64,000 nucleotides of DNA from Trueperaceae bacterium (GTDB lineage Bacteria; Deinococcota; Deinococci; Deinococcales; Trueperaceae). Shown piece by piece: positions 18,829-29,862 of this stretch (positions are counted from its first letter, which is position 1; each line of letters opens with the position of its first letter). The stretch lies in NCBI GenBank assembly GCA_034520945.1, contig JAXHNB010000005.1, positions 1-64,000 of the forward strand, read 5' to 3'. The notes below the pieces were generated by a model that was given only the letters and a program-made list of their open reading frames with translations, searched no databases and was not told where the DNA came from. Made by a program: the position numbers and the translations under genes.

Positions 18829-19430
18829 GCGTGTTGAAGGCGCATGTGAGGTAACGGCAGTGGAGTCCAGAAACGTTGCGGGTGCGCCTGGATGGGGTGG
18901 GCGCCCTGTTGAAGTACTACTGGTCGACGGACTTGTCCCCGCCCAATCGCCTCACGCGGGCAGAGGTGACCGCGTTTCCCGATCGCCTCGTGCGGGGAAG
19001 GCTGGCGGCGTCGACCATTCGGGCGTACATGAGGGGGGACCGTCGTTGTTCGATGCGCTGCATCATTTGCGGGGGGACGTGCCACAGCTCGATCATCCGT
19101 TCCGTGGTCTGTCACCGGTCGCAAAGGTGCCGGTCAGCACCTCTAGGGTGTCAGACACGCGCGGGCGACACGAAGGCGACGTGCGCGTCCGCGCCCTATA
19201 GGCGCTGGGCCATTGCGGCCTCTCCGAAGCCAGTGGCACGTTCGGTGAAGAGGCATTGATATTCGTGTCCGCGCGACCACGGCGGCCCTTAGCGGCAAGG
19301 ACGTACACATTCAGCTGTCGCGTCGGGCTGTCACGGCCCTACGTGCGCTGCCGACGAGGTCACATGCCGTGATCGGATGGAGCACCGACCACGCCCGCCG
19401 GAAGCTGAAGATGGTCGCTGACCTTGATTT
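18829..19430 (+). pseudogene. Degraded tyrosine recombinase
   Basis: After an in-frame TAA: SPETLRVRLDGVGALLKY..LTRAEVTAF..LAASTIRAYMRG, then a frameshift to SLFDAL..DHPFRGL (core-binding-domain pattern). Later fragment IQLSRRAVTALRAL. Ends approximate. Confidence 0.6.
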
Positions 19431-19453
19431 CGCCACCCGTACTGCTAGAGGTG

Positions 19454-19942
19454 CTAGCGCTGGGCAGCCTCTCCGTCGTGAATGATCCGAAGCAACTCGC
19501 TCGCCTCAAAGATGGCGGTTTCGTTGATTCCCGCATAGTCCTGTGATTGAAGGACGTGCCAGTGAAGGCGCGCTTCCTCGTAGTAGGGGATCGTCAACCG
19601 TCGCAGAAACTCCACGTACTCGCGCAGATCGCGTGCTTGCGGCGAGTTGCGCCGGTCTGGATCGTGGTGCGGACCCAGGTCGAGGAACGCTAAGCGTTGA
19701 GCCGCTCCATCTTGACCAAGGAACCGGGGCAGGGGAAGGGAGCCCGTCGCGCGACCGATGTAGCAATCTCGGTCGGACTCGCGCCTGGGCGAGTACGGCG
19801 CGTGGTGGACGATGCTGAACCCGTGATGGTCGGGAGGGGAATGGGGGTCGACGAACCACTCTACGTACCCCTGGTCGGGGTTTTCGATTACTTGCCCGCA
19901 GGTGTCGCAGATGAACTGATGGAGCGGCTCTAGCCTTGCCAT
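19454..19942 (-). CDS. Hypothetical 162-aa protein with CxxC and His/Cys residues
   Basis: FICDTCG..GYVEW..FSIVHH..DC..YYEEAR. TACGCT 7 nt before ATG 19942. Confidence 0.72.
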   Translation of the reverse strand: MARLEPLHQFICDTCGQVIENPDQGYVEWFVDPHSPPDHHGFSIVHHAPYSPRRESDRDCYIGRATGSLPLPRFLGQDGAAQRLAFLDLGPHHDPDRRNSPQARDLREYVEFLRRLTIPYYEEARLHWHVLQSQDYAGINETAIFEASELLRIIHDGEAAQR

Positions 19943-20169
19943 GCCTGTAAGCGTACAACCTGGCTTGCGGACGGACGCCATTTGTGCACGTCGCCATTGG
20001 GACGCCACTTCGCGATGGTGCCGAAGACGTTGCCATGCCGAGCCAATAATCGAGTTGCGCATTGTGTCCAAACTCTTGTGCCCTGACCAGCCCGTTGGCC
20101 GCTTTTGATCATGTGCCGAAATGGTCGCGCAGTACATGTCCCTTCGCGGATGATAGCGTGCGCTCTAGA

Positions 20170-22146
20170 ATGGCGAACCCGAACAACCTGGCGGGCTTCA
20201 TTTGGAGCGTCGCGGACATTTTGCGTGGCACGTTCAAGCAGTCGCAGTACGGTCGGATTATCTTGCCGTTCACGTTGCTTCGGCGCTTGGAGTGCGTGTT
20301 GGAGCCTACGCGGGACGCGGTCCTGCGGGTGGCGGAGGAGTCGGAGGGCCAGTCGGAGTTCTTACGTGAGCGGGCGTTGCAGCGGGCGGCGGGGCATCCG
20401 TTCTACAACACGAGTCGCCTGTCTCTCGGCACGCTGGGCGAGTCGGACACGAAGGCGAACCTTGCTACGTACGTGCGGTCGTTCAATGAGCAGGGCCGGC
20501 GGATCTTCGAGTATTTCGAGTTCGAGCAGTTCGTGGATCAGTTGGCGGATGCGGACCTGCTGTACCAGGTGACGCAGCGCTTCCGGAGTGTGGATCTGTC
20601 GCCGGATGTGATCTCGAATCATGAGATGGGTCTTGCGTTCGAGGAGTTGATTCGTCGATTCGCGGAGGCGTCGAATGAGACGGCGGGGGAGCATTACACG
20701 CCGCGGGACGTGGTGCGGCTTACGACGAGCTTGGCGATCGCGTTCGATGACGAGGCGCTTGGGCAGCCTGGCGTGATTCGTACCGTGTACGATCCTGCGG
20801 CCGGGACGGGTGGGTTCCTGTCGATGGGTATCGAGTACCTGAAGCATCACAACCCGCATGCGAATGTGCGGGTGTTCGGGCAGGAGATGAACAAGGAGTC
20901 GTTCGCGATCTTGACGGCGGACATGCTGATCAAGGGGTTCGATGCGGAGAACATCAAGCTCGGCAACACCTTGAGCGACGACCAACTCAAGGACGAGACG
21001 TTCGATCTTCTGCTGGCGAATCCGCCGTTCGGGGTGGATTGGAAGCAGATCCGTAAGAAGGTGGAGGACGAGCACGAGAGGAAGGGTTACGGGGGGCGGT
21101 TCGGGCCGGGTACGCCGCGCGTGTCGGATGGCAGCTTGTTGTTCTTGTTGCATTTGATCAGCAAGATGCGGGATGCGGGCGAGGGGCCGGGTAGCCGTAT
21201 CGGGATCATCTTGAACGGCAGTCCGCTGTTCACGGGTGGGGCGGGGAGCGGGGAGAGCGAGATCCGCCGGTGGATCTTGGAGCGTGACCTGCTGGAAGGG
21301 ATCGTCGCGCTTCCGAGCGACATGTTCTACAACACGGGTATCGCGACGTACGTGTGGATCCTGAGCAACGACAAGCGTGCGGAACGCAACGGCAAGGTGC
21401 AGCTGGTCGACGCGACGGAGGCGTGGGAACCGATGCGGAAGAGCTTGGGCAGCAAACGCCGCACGGTCGAGGGGCACATCGATGAGATCGTCCGCCTGTA
21501 CGACGCGTTCGAGGAGTCGGACACCTCGAAGATCTTCGACACCACCGACTTCGGGTACCGCCGCGTCACGATCGAGCGCCCCCTCAAGCTCACGTACACC
21601 CCGCACGATCTGGACCGTCTGGCCGCCCTCCGTGACGACAAGGCTTGGCGCAAGATCGACGAGGCGGGCCGGACGGCCATCCTGGACGCGCTCGCGCGTC
21701 TCGACGCGCGCATTCCCAGCCGCGCGCGGTTCCACGAGAAACTACGCCAAGCGCTTGATGATTCCAACGCCAGGGTGAAGGTGTCGAGTGCCGTGAAGAA
21801 GGTGTTGCAGAAGCACTTGTCGGAGAGCGATGAGGACGCCGAGGTGTGCACGAGTGGTGGTGCGCCCGAGCCCGATCCGGGCTTGCGGGATTACGAGCAC
21901 GTCCCGTTTGGCGAGGACGTGCATGCTTTCGTCGCGCGCGAGGTGCATCCGCACGTGCCGGACGCCTGGATCGACGAGAGCAAGCGTGACGAGAAGGATG
22001 GCCAGATCGGCATCGTCGGGTACGAGATCCCGTTCAACCGGCACTTCTACCAGTACCAACCGCCCAGGCCGCTGGAAGAGATCGACGCCGACCTGCGGGA
22101 GACGACCGAGCGGATCAAGGCGATGATCGAGAGGTTGTCGGCGTGA
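20170..22146 (+). CDS. hsdM: Type I R-M methyltransferase
   Basis: [46 protein letters not shown]. Confidence 0.96.
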   Translation: MANPNNLAGFIWSVADILRGTFKQSQYGRIILPFTLLRRLECVLEPTRDAVLRVAEESEGQSEFLRERALQRAAGHPFYNTSRLSLGTLGESDTKANLATYVRSFNEQGRRIFEYFEFEQFVDQLADADLLYQVTQRFRSVDLSPDVISNHEMGLAFEELIRRFAEASNETAGEHYTPRDVVRLTTSLAIAFDDEALGQPGVIRTVYDPAAGTGGFLSMGIEYLKHHNPHANVRVFGQEMNKESFAILTADMLIKGFDAENIKLGNTLSDDQLKDETFDLLLANPPFGVDWKQIRKKVEDEHERKGYGGRFGPGTPRVSDGSLLFLLHLISKMRDAGEGPGSRIGIILNGSPLFTGGAGSGESEIRRWILERDLLEGIVALPSDMFYNTGIATYVWILSNDKRAERNGKVQLVDATEAWEPMRKSLGSKRRTVEGHIDEIVRLYDAFEESDTSKIFDTTDFGYRRVTIERPLKLTYTPHDLDRLAALRDDKAWRKIDEAGRTAILDALARLDARIPSRARFHEKLRQALDDSNARVKVSSAVKKVLQKHLSESDEDAEVCTSGGAPEPDPGLRDYEHVPFGEDVHAFVAREVHPHVPDAWIDESKRDEKDGQIGIVGYEIPFNRHFYQYQPPRPLEEIDADLRETTERIKAMIERLSA

Positions 22147-23480
22147 ATGCGATGGGCCCCAACGGTGTACGGGAGGCGTTTCGGTTAGGTTCTGCAGCTC
22201 ACGGGTGGGTTCAGCAGCCGCTGTGGTCAGTGGCGACAGTCAACGACGAGGTTCTTTCCGAGACAACAGATCCCGGGTACACGTTTCCGTACGTGGAGAT
22301 CTCTAACGTTGACCATGTAATGGGAATCGTGGAGCCGATGAACGTGACGTTTGGTGACGCTCCTTCAAGGGCACGGCGACAGATCCGTGAAGGGGACGTG
22401 CTGATTTCTACGGTACGTACGTATCTTCGTGCGATTGCACGGGTGCCACGTAGATGGTCGGGCGCTATAGCGTCAACGGGCTTCGCTGTGATTCGACCTC
22501 GCTGTATTGACAGCAGGTTTCTGGGATACGTACTTGCTGCCGACGCGTTCATTCACGAGGTCATTGCTCGGTCGACAGGAGTGAGCTACCCGGCAATCAA
22601 CGCGGCCGATGTAATGAAGCTAAAGGTGCCTGTTCCACCTCCGCATGAGCAGCGTCGGATTGCGGCGTTCCTGGATTACGAGACGAGCCGCATCGACGAA
22701 CTCGTGTGGGCACAGCAAAAACTACTAGAAGTAGTAGCAGAAAAGCGCACGGCAATGCTTTCTCACCTGCTTATCAAAGGGGCAAACCCGCGTGCCGCGC
22801 TGAAGGAGAGCAACCTTGCCTGGCTCGGGTCGGTCCCGAACCATTGGACCCAGACGCGTGTTGGCTGGGTTTCTACGTTTATCTCGTATGGATTTACGAA
22901 CCCAATGCCAACGTCACCAGGCGGTCCCTATATGCTGACCGCAAACGACATTGGTTACGAGGGAGTTCGGTACGAAGCAGCGAGGCGAACGACTGATGAG
23001 GCTTTCCACACGAGGTTGACTGACAAGAGTAAGCCCCGACTCGGCGACGTACTGATTACCAAAGATGGGACCTTGGGAAGAGTAGCAGTGTTTGATGGCC
23101 AAAAGGCTTGCATTAATCAATCAGTTGCTCTCCTTAGAGTCGATTCGGGCGTTGTGCTTCCAGAGTTTTTGGCGCTACTTCTTTCAACAAGCGCGTACCA
23201 GGATCGTATGGAGTTTGACGCAGGGGGCACGACAATCAAGCACATCTACATTTCGCGCCTTGCCAAGATGCCAGTCTTCCTCCCGCCGCTGAGCGAACAG
23301 ATGAAGATTATTCAGAAGGTGACGGATGAGCTTAAACCAATTGGCGAAGTCTTCGACCTAGCGCACAAGGGAATCTCGCTTCTGAATGAGCGTAAGAGTG
23401 CCCTGATTTCGTCGGCCGTGACGGGCCAGCTGGATCTGCGCGATTGGGAGCCTAGCGAGGTTGTGGGGGTGTTGGCGTAG
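22143..23480 (+). CDS. hsdS: Type I R-M specificity subunit
   Basis: Two TRDs, each followed by [28 protein letters not shown]; visibly lower GC. Confidence 0.95.
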   Translation: MNAMGPNGVREAFRLGSAAHGWVQQPLWSVATVNDEVLSETTDPGYTFPYVEISNVDHVMGIVEPMNVTFGDAPSRARRQIREGDVLISTVRTYLRAIARVPRRWSGAIASTGFAVIRPRCIDSRFLGYVLAADAFIHEVIARSTGVSYPAINAADVMKLKVPVPPPHEQRRIAAFLDYETSRIDELVWAQQKLLEVVAEKRTAMLSHLLIKGANPRAALKESNLAWLGSVPNHWTQTRVGWVSTFISYGFTNPMPTSPGGPYMLTANDIGYEGVRYEAARRTTDEAFHTRLTDKSKPRLGDVLITKDGTLGRVAVFDGQKACINQSVALLRVDSGVVLPEFLALLLSTSAYQDRMEFDAGGTTIKHIYISRLAKMPVFLPPLSEQMKIIQKVTDELKPIGEVFDLAHKGISLLNERKSALISSAVTGQLDLRDWEPSEVVGVLA

Positions 23481-23483
23481 GTC

Positions 23484-26400
23484 GTGGCGGATCCTCGCGA
23501 GAAGCAGTTTCAGGAGGATGTGATTGCAGGGCTCGAAGCGCAGGGGTGGGTGCGGGGCGACCCGAGTGGGTATGACGCGGCGCGGGCGTTGTTCCCGGAG
23601 GATGTGGTCGGGTTCTATTCGAGTGCGTTTCCGGAGGCGTGGGAGAAGTTCCGGTCGTGGTTCTCGGTGGATCCTGAGTCGTCGTTGTTGGACGAGGTGG
23701 CGAAGAACCTGGAGAAGTACGGCACGCTGAAGGTCCTTCGGGACGGCTTCAAGACCGTCGGTGCGGAGGTGCGCCTGGCGCAGTTCTTGCCTGAGCATGG
23801 GTTGAATCCGAGGTTGCTGGAGGCGTATGGGCGGAACGTCCTGCGGGTGGTGCCGGAGGTGGCGTATAGCGCGCATGGGGGGTCGGGTCGCTTGGATTTG
23901 GTGTTGTTCGTGAATGGGGTGCCGACGGCGACGCTTGAGTTGAAGAGCGAGTTTACGCAGTCGGTGGCGCGGGCGGTGCGGCAGTACCGGCAGGATCGCC
24001 CACCCGTGGATCCGGGCAGTCGGAAGGCGGAGCCCCTGTTGTCGTTCAAGCGGGGGGCGTTGGTGCATTTCGCGGTGAGCCAGTCGAACGTGATGATGAC
24101 GACGCATCTCGCTGGGAATGACACGACGTTCTTGCCGTTCGACCGGGGCGGGGAGGATGGGAGTGCGGGCAACCCGCCGATCCCGGGTGGGTATGACACG
24201 GCGTACTTGTGGGAGTGGGTGTTGGCGCGGGATGCGTGGTTGCAGATCGTCGGGCGGTTCGTGCACCTCCAGCAGACCCGTGAAGTGGATGCGCGGGGGC
24301 GGGAGCAGGTGCGGGAGTCGTTGATCTTCCCGCGCTACCACCAGTGGGACGCCGTCACCAAGCTGGTGGGTGCGGCGCGTCGGGAGGGTCCGGGTGGGCG
24401 GTACTTGGTGCAGCATTCGGCGGGGAGTGGGAAGTCGAACTCGATCGCGTGGGCGACGCACCAGTTGGCCCGTTTGCACGACCGTGAGGATCGGAAGGTG
24501 TTCCGCTCCGTGATCGTGGTGACGGATCGGACGGTGCTGGACGAGCAGCTGCAGGCGACGATTGCGCAGTTCGAGCATCAGTCGGGCGTGATCGACGCGA
24601 TCGACCGGAAGGGGAGCGAGGCGAGCAAGAGCCAGCGCTTGGCGAAGGCGCTGTCGGGGGGGACGCCGATCATCGTGGTGACCCTGCAGACATTTCCGCA
24701 TGTCCTGCAGCTGGTGCAGGAGGACACCAGCCTGCGGGGGGAGGCGTTCGCGGTGATCGCGGATGAGGCGCATTCGTCGCAGTCGGGTCGGACGGCGGTG
24801 AAGCTGCGGGAGGTTCTCACCGCCGAACAACTGGACGAGGATGCGGAGTTGTCGAGCGAGGACGTGATCAACTTGACGTTGGAGGCGCGGAAGGCGTCGG
24901 GGTCGATCAGTTATTTCGCATTCACGGCGACGCCGAAGGCGAAGACGTTGGAACTGTTCGGCCGCCCACCCGATCCGGAGAAGCCTGTTGGGGAGGGCAA
25001 CCTTCCGGAGCCGTTTCACGTGTACAGCATGCGGCAGGCGATCGAGGAGGGGTTCATTCTCGATGTGCTCCGCAACTACGTGACGTACGACCGGGCGTAC
25101 GAACTTGCGCAGCGGGACCCGCAGGCGGACCGGGAGGTGCCGGAACGGAAGGCGGGCCGGGCGTTGGCGTCGTTCGTGCGGTTGCACCCGAGCAACATCA
25201 CGCAGAAGGTGCAGGTGATCGTGGAGCACTTCCGGACGCATGTCGCGCGGCAGTTGGATGGGCGCGCGAAGGCGATGATCGTGACGAGCGGCCGGAAGGA
25301 TGCGGTGCGGTACAAGCTCGCTCTGGACGCGTACGCCCGCGATCACGGGTACGAGGACGTGAAGGCCCTGGTGGCGTTCTCGGGCGACGTCACCGAGCGC
25401 CCGGGTGAGCTGGACGGGTACGACGCTACGCTTGCGAGTGAGGAGAGTCGGCCGGCGCCGGATGGGGCGGGCCGGGCGTTTTCGGAGTCGTCGATGAATC
25501 CGGGCGTGCGGGGTGACCTGCGGGATGCGTTCGATCAGCGTTTCAACGTGTTGATCGTTGCGAACAAGTTCCAGACCGGGTTCGACCAGCCGAAGCTCGT
25601 GGCGATGTACGTGGACAAGCGGTTGTCTGGCATCGACGCCGTGCAGACCCTGTCGCGTCTCAACCGGACCTACCCGGGGAAGGACGCCAAGGGCACGCTT
25701 ATTTTGGATTTCAAGAACGATGCGGATGATATCGAGGCGGCGTTCCGGCCGTATTACGGGGAGACGCGTCTGGCGAGCGCGAGCGATCCGGACTTGGCGT
25801 ACGACTTGCAGCACAAGCTGCTGGCGGAGCGGATCTTCTATCCGGATGAGGTGGAGCGGTTCGCGGCGGCGTTCTTCGATCCCAAGGCCGATAGTGCGCT
25901 GTTGATGGATGCGACCCGGCCGGCGGTGGATCGGTACCGCGCGCGCTTGCAGCATGCGGCGGAGCGGCGCGAGCGTGCGCATCACGAGCGGGACAAGGCG
26001 ATCGCCGCACGAGACGATACGGCGGTAGCCAATGCGGACGACGCGCTGCGTCGTGCTGGTGAGGAGATCGACGCTCTGGAGACGTTCCGGACGGACTTGC
26101 GGTCGTTCACGCGCCTGTACGAGTTCATGAGTCAGATCGTGCCGTACGACGATGCGGACCTGGAGAAGCTCAGCGTGTTCGCGCACTACTTGCACCGGCG
26201 CCTCCCCCGTGATCCGGAGGACGAGGGGAGGGTGGATCTCAGCAACGTGGTGCTGACCACGTACCGCGTGCAGAAGCAGGGGGAGACGATGATCGACCTG
26301 AGCGCCGGTGAGGATACGGGCGTGCGGGGCGTCACCAGCGTGGGGAGCGCCACGGGCCGGGACGATGAGGAGGTGTGGTTGTCGGAGTTGATCGAGCGCA

Positions 26401-26681
26401 TGAACGAGATCGCCGGCACGCAGGGTCGCGAGGGTCTCGGCATCCTGAACGCGACGGCGGACCTGGTGCAGGAGAACCAGCCCGTCATGCAGCAGGTGCG
26501 GAGCAACCCGAAGGACAAGGTGATGGTGGGTGGGGATTTCCCCGAGGCGGTGATCGATGCGTTGGTGCAGGTGGGGGGTGCGCAGGGCAAGGTGCAGGAC
26601 AACGTGCTGGCGGATCGGCAGAAGGCGGAGGCGTTCGCGCGGTTGGTGTTGGACGTGTTGACGCGGGAGGCGGGCCGGTAG
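23484..26681 (+). CDS. hsdR: Type I R-M restriction subunit
   Basis: RLDLVLFVNG..LELK, QHSAGSGKS, DEAH, FTATP, FQTGFDQP, QTLSRLNR. Confidence 0.96.
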   Translation: MADPREKQFQEDVIAGLEAQGWVRGDPSGYDAARALFPEDVVGFYSSAFPEAWEKFRSWFSVDPESSLLDEVAKNLEKYGTLKVLRDGFKTVGAEVRLAQFLPEHGLNPRLLEAYGRNVLRVVPEVAYSAHGGSGRLDLVLFVNGVPTATLELKSEFTQSVARAVRQYRQDRPPVDPGSRKAEPLLSFKRGALVHFAVSQSNVMMTTHLAGNDTTFLPFDRGGEDGSAGNPPIPGGYDTAYLWEWVLARDAWLQIVGRFVHLQQTREVDARGREQVRESLIFPRYHQWDAVTKLVGAARREGPGGRYLVQHSAGSGKSNSIAWATHQLARLHDREDRKVFRSVIVVTDRTVLDEQLQATIAQFEHQSGVIDAIDRKGSEASKSQRLAKALSGGTPIIVVTLQTFPHVLQLVQEDTSLRGEAFAVIADEAHSSQSGRTAVKLREVLTAEQLDEDAELSSEDVINLTLEARKASGSISYFAFTATPKAKTLELFGRPPDPEKPVGEGNLPEPFHVYSMRQAIEEGFILDVLRNYVTYDRAYELAQRDPQADREVPERKAGRALASFVRLHPSNITQKVQVIVEHFRTHVARQLDGRAKAMIVTSGRKDAVRYKLALDAYARDHGYEDVKALVAFSGDVTERPGELDGYDATLASEESRPAPDGAGRAFSESSMNPGVRGDLRDAFDQRFNVLIVANKFQTGFDQPKLVAMYVDKRLSGIDAVQTLSRLNRTYPGKDAKGTLILDFKNDADDIEAAFRPYYGETRLASASDPDLAYDLQHKLLAERIFYPDEVERFAAAFFDPKADSALLMDATRPAVDRYRARLQHAAERRERAHHERDKAIAARDDTAVANADDALRRAGEEIDALETFRTDLRSFTRLYEFMSQIVPYDDADLEKLSVFAHYLHRRLPRDPEDEGRVDLSNVVLTTYRVQKQGETMIDLSAGEDTGVRGVTSVGSATGRDDEEVWLSELIERMNEIAGTQGREGLGILNATADLVQENQPVMQQVRSNPKDKVMVGGDFPEAVIDALVQVGGAQGKVQDNVLADRQKAEAFARLVLDVLTREAGR

Positions 26682-26709
26682 CGTGGGGGCTGCACGCGGA
26701 GGTGGCGAG

Positions 26710-27717
26710 GTGAACGAGTCGGTGACGCTGTGGGGCATCCATGCCGGGCGGGGGTCGGAGGCGGACGCGCTGTTCAAGAAGCAGTGTGTGGTGGCGCTTG
26801 GGTGGGCAGCGACGCCGGACTTGTCGTCCTTGCCAGGTGACCGCCAGGCGTTCAAGGACGCGTATCGCGCGGCGTACCCAGAGCAGGGCGACGGCAATGT
26901 GGTGACGAGCGCCAGCCAGTTGTTCAGGTTCGTGCATGAGATGCGGGTTGGTGATCTGGTGGCGTTTCCGTCGAAGGTGGACCGGCGCGTGTACCTGGGG
27001 CGGGTGGAGGGGTCCTATCGTTTCGTGGGGGACGCGTCGCACACGTTCAAGCATCAGCGGTCGGTGAAGTGGCTTCGGGATGTGGCGCGGACGCAGTATT
27101 CGCAGGGGGCGTTGCACGAGTTGGGTTCGGCGTTGTCGTTGTTTCAGGTCAAGAACTACGCCGACGAGCATTTGGCGTTGCTGGAGGGGCAGGTGGTGGC
27201 GCCGGAGCCGGGGCGGGATGAGACGGTGGGGCCGGTCGCGGAGGAGATCGAGGAGACGACGCGCGATTTCGTGTTGAAGGCGTTGGCGCGGGAGTTGAAG
27301 GGGCATCCGTTCGCGGGGTTCGTGGGGCACTTGCTTGAGGTGATGGGGTACCGCACGCGCGTGGCGCGGCCGGGTCCGGATGGCGGGATCGACATCGTGG
27401 CGCACAAGGACGAGTTGGGGTTCGAGCCGCCGATCATCAAGGTGCAGGTAAAGGCGAACGAGGGGAGTGTCGGCGCGCCGATCGTGCAGGCGTTGTACGG
27501 CAACGTGGAGGCGTCCGAGTTCGGCTTGCTCGTGACGCTGGGTGAGTTCACGTCCGCCGCTCGGTCTTTCGCGCATGCCAAGGCGAACCTGCGGCTGGTC
27601 GATGGGGGCGATCTGGTGGCGCTGGTGCTGGAGCACTACGAGCGGTTGGACTCGCGCTACAAGGGGTTACTGCCGCTGAAGCGGGTGTACGTGCCGGAGG
27701 CGGTCGAAGCGGAATGA
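26710..27717 (+). CDS. Mrr-family (type IV-like) restriction endonuclease
   Basis: N-terminal VALGW..EMRVGDLV..RSVKW domain; C-terminal DGGIDIVA..KVQVK..LRLVDG. Start is 26683 or 26710. Confidence 0.87.
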   Translation: MNESVTLWGIHAGRGSEADALFKKQCVVALGWAATPDLSSLPGDRQAFKDAYRAAYPEQGDGNVVTSASQLFRFVHEMRVGDLVAFPSKVDRRVYLGRVEGSYRFVGDASHTFKHQRSVKWLRDVARTQYSQGALHELGSALSLFQVKNYADEHLALLEGQVVAPEPGRDETVGPVAEEIEETTRDFVLKALARELKGHPFAGFVGHLLEVMGYRTRVARPGPDGGIDIVAHKDELGFEPPIIKVQVKANEGSVGAPIVQALYGNVEASEFGLLVTLGEFTSAARSFAHAKANLRLVDGGDLVALVLEHYERLDSRYKGLLPLKRVYVPEAVEAE

Positions 27718-27770
27718 ACGTCGTCGCGGGTGCAGGATTCGGGTAGCCGTGACGGATCGCTGCTTCCGGG

Positions 27771-28844
27771 TCACTCGGACGCGTACACCGAGGTTGGTAG
27801 GGCGCTGCATTGGCGTGCCAGTTCGCCGAGTTGCTCGGTGACGTGGCGGACAACGGCGGCGTGTTCTTGGGCGGCTGGGAGTTCCAGGACGATGGAGAGG
27901 TGGTCGTCCTCGAATGTCACGGTGCGGTCGTGCTCGGCGGCCCAGGTTTCGATGCGGGGGCGCACCTCGGTGGCACGCCCGAAGTCGGTGCTGGAGAACA
28001 CCACCCATAGGGGCGACACGCCGTGGCGGCGCCACATGGCGAAGTGGATTCCGAACCAGGCGCCGGCGCCGGTGCGGTCGGGGAGCCAGGCGTAGCGGCC
28101 AAGGCGTTCCCAGGAGGCTTGGGGGCGGAGCCCGTCGGTGGTGAGGATGCCGTGTTCGATGGCGCGGTCGGTGGCTTCGCGAACGATGGCGCCGAGCTGG
28201 CGGATCAGGGCGGGTGTTCGTTGGTCGGTGAGTTGCTCGCGCGTGAGGGGCAGGTGCGCGTCCTCGTCTGCGGTGCGGCATAGGGCGCGGAGCTGCGTGA
28301 GGTCAGCGAGTGTCGGTGGGTCGTCCAGGGCCGCGTGCTCCAGTGCGGTGAGCAGCTGGTCCCATGAGGCGAGGGCGAGCGTGGGGCCCCATGCGGTGGA
28401 GGCGATGGCGTACGTGCCGGGTGCCTGGGATCGTGCGTCGTACGCGACTCCGGCTGCGTCCAGCCTGGATCTCAGCTCTCGCCACAACGTGCCTTGGCGG
28501 GCTTGGGGTGCCACGACGAGGAGAAGGGCGGGTTGTTGGTCCGAGGCGAGGCGTTCGAGGTAGGCGACGGGTTGCTGGTCGGTCAGGCCGGCCCAGAACT
28601 TGTTCTCGACGTACAAGCGGGGTCGATTGTCGGTGCTGCCGACGAGGTCCGGTCGCATGCCGGTGTCCGGTTCCTGCGTGCGGAAGCGGAGGTCGGGCAG
28701 ACCTGGCTCGATGGCGCGTAGGAACCTGTGCATCGCCTCGTGCGTCCTGTCGCTACGTTCGATCAGGTAGGCGAGTCCGTCGGTGGCGACATCCTCGCTC
28801 GTGTGGGAGAAACGCTTACGGACGATGTGGCTGAAGATCGTCAT
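27771..28844 (-). CDS. PD-(D/E)XK nuclease-superfamily protein
   Basis: EDVATDGLAYL..RPDLVG..LYVENKFWAGLTDQQP. Confidence 0.8.
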   Translation of the reverse strand: MTIFSHIVRKRFSHTSEDVATDGLAYLIERSDRTHEAMHRFLRAIEPGLPDLRFRTQEPDTGMRPDLVGSTDNRPRLYVENKFWAGLTDQQPVAYLERLASDQQPALLLVVAPQARQGTLWRELRSRLDAAGVAYDARSQAPGTYAIASTAWGPTLALASWDQLLTALEHAALDDPPTLADLTQLRALCRTADEDAHLPLTREQLTDQRTPALIRQLGAIVREATDRAIEHGILTTDGLRPQASWERLGRYAWLPDRTGAGAWFGIHFAMWRRHGVSPLWVVFSSTDFGRATEVRPRIETWAAEHDRTVTFEDDHLSIVLELPAAQEHAAVVRHVTEQLGELARQCSALPTSVYASE

Positions 28845-29038
28845 GGGCGTACCTTTTGATCCCCTCACCGGAGTGGCTTACGCGCCGAGGGAGCGGTCGC
28901 CGACGCGTGTCCGTTGCTGGTACGAAGCACGTGGAGGTCCTAACACACTACCTTAGCCGTGTAGGACGCTGTTGCAAGAATACAATCAACGGTGCGAACG
29001 GGAACGAACTGTCTGCGATGAGCGGAGTAGAACACGCC

Positions 29039-29563
29039 TCACGCAATATGCGGCGCGACGAAGCCGTGGCGAAGGCAGTGTTGCAACTCCCCCAGCTGGC
29101 CGTTCGCCAGGGCGTTCATTGGGTGGACTGCGATCGCCTGGATGCCCTTCCCGCTTCCGTTGCGGAGCCCGTGTTCGACGATCGGGATCATGTACGTCAG
29201 GCTCTTGCCGGAGCCGGTTCCCGTCGTCACGACGTACGGATGGCCACCCCGCGCCACGGGTAGCGCGTCGATCTGATGTTGGTGCGCGGACAGGAGCGTG
29301 CCGAGCGGCTCCTCCGCCGTCTTGCCGACGCGGAACGCGTCAGGCATGCGTGGGTGGAGAATGCCGTCAGAGGCGAGTGCGTCGAGCCCGCCGCCCCGTT
29401 GGAACGATGGGTTGAGCTGGAGGTGGGTTTGCGGCCACAAGCGACCGCTTGCGAGCAGCTCATCGACCTGCGGAGCAATGCGCTCGTCGCGAATTTGGAC
29501 GAACGATCCGACGTAGTCCGCATAGTCGCCGATTAGATTGTCGCGCAAGTCGAAGGTCTCCAA
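29039..29563 (-). pseudogene. N-terminal fragment of a large DEAD/DEAH (DUF1998-type) helicase
   Basis: FDLRDNLIGDYADYVGSF..LQLNPSF..HQHQ..TGTGSGKS..PMNALANGQ, then a stop after ~174 aa with no DExH motif. Confidence 0.8.
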
Positions 29564-29862
29564 GATGCGTACCCCTCGAAGACGTTCCCGATCCCGTAGC
29601 TGGTATGCGTGCCAGTCTGTCACTTCTGTTTCGGGGCCCCCTAGGAATAGTAATTTGCACCGAATTGGTTCTGGCACGACGCTGCGCACCATGCCGTGAC
29701 AGTCCATCACGCCCCAGGTACTGCAGTATTTCCTCGCCAACTGTGGGTGGGAACCTTGGTTCTCCCCTGCGCCTCGCGAGCGCTGACGGACTACACCATA
29801 GCTGCGCCGGTTGTTCACGTTCTGAATGTCATAATGATGTTCTTCAAGGTGGGCGAGATCCT

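Noticed and set aside
23358..26897. 1179-aa minus-strand ORF
   Set aside because: Antisense shadow of hsdR, typical of high-GC DNA.
29449..29862. N-terminal extension of the STAND ORF (likewise the starts at 182, 20062, 37759 and 43800)
   Set aside because: It overlaps other features and is low-information; downstream ATGs fit the family N-termini or RBS better.
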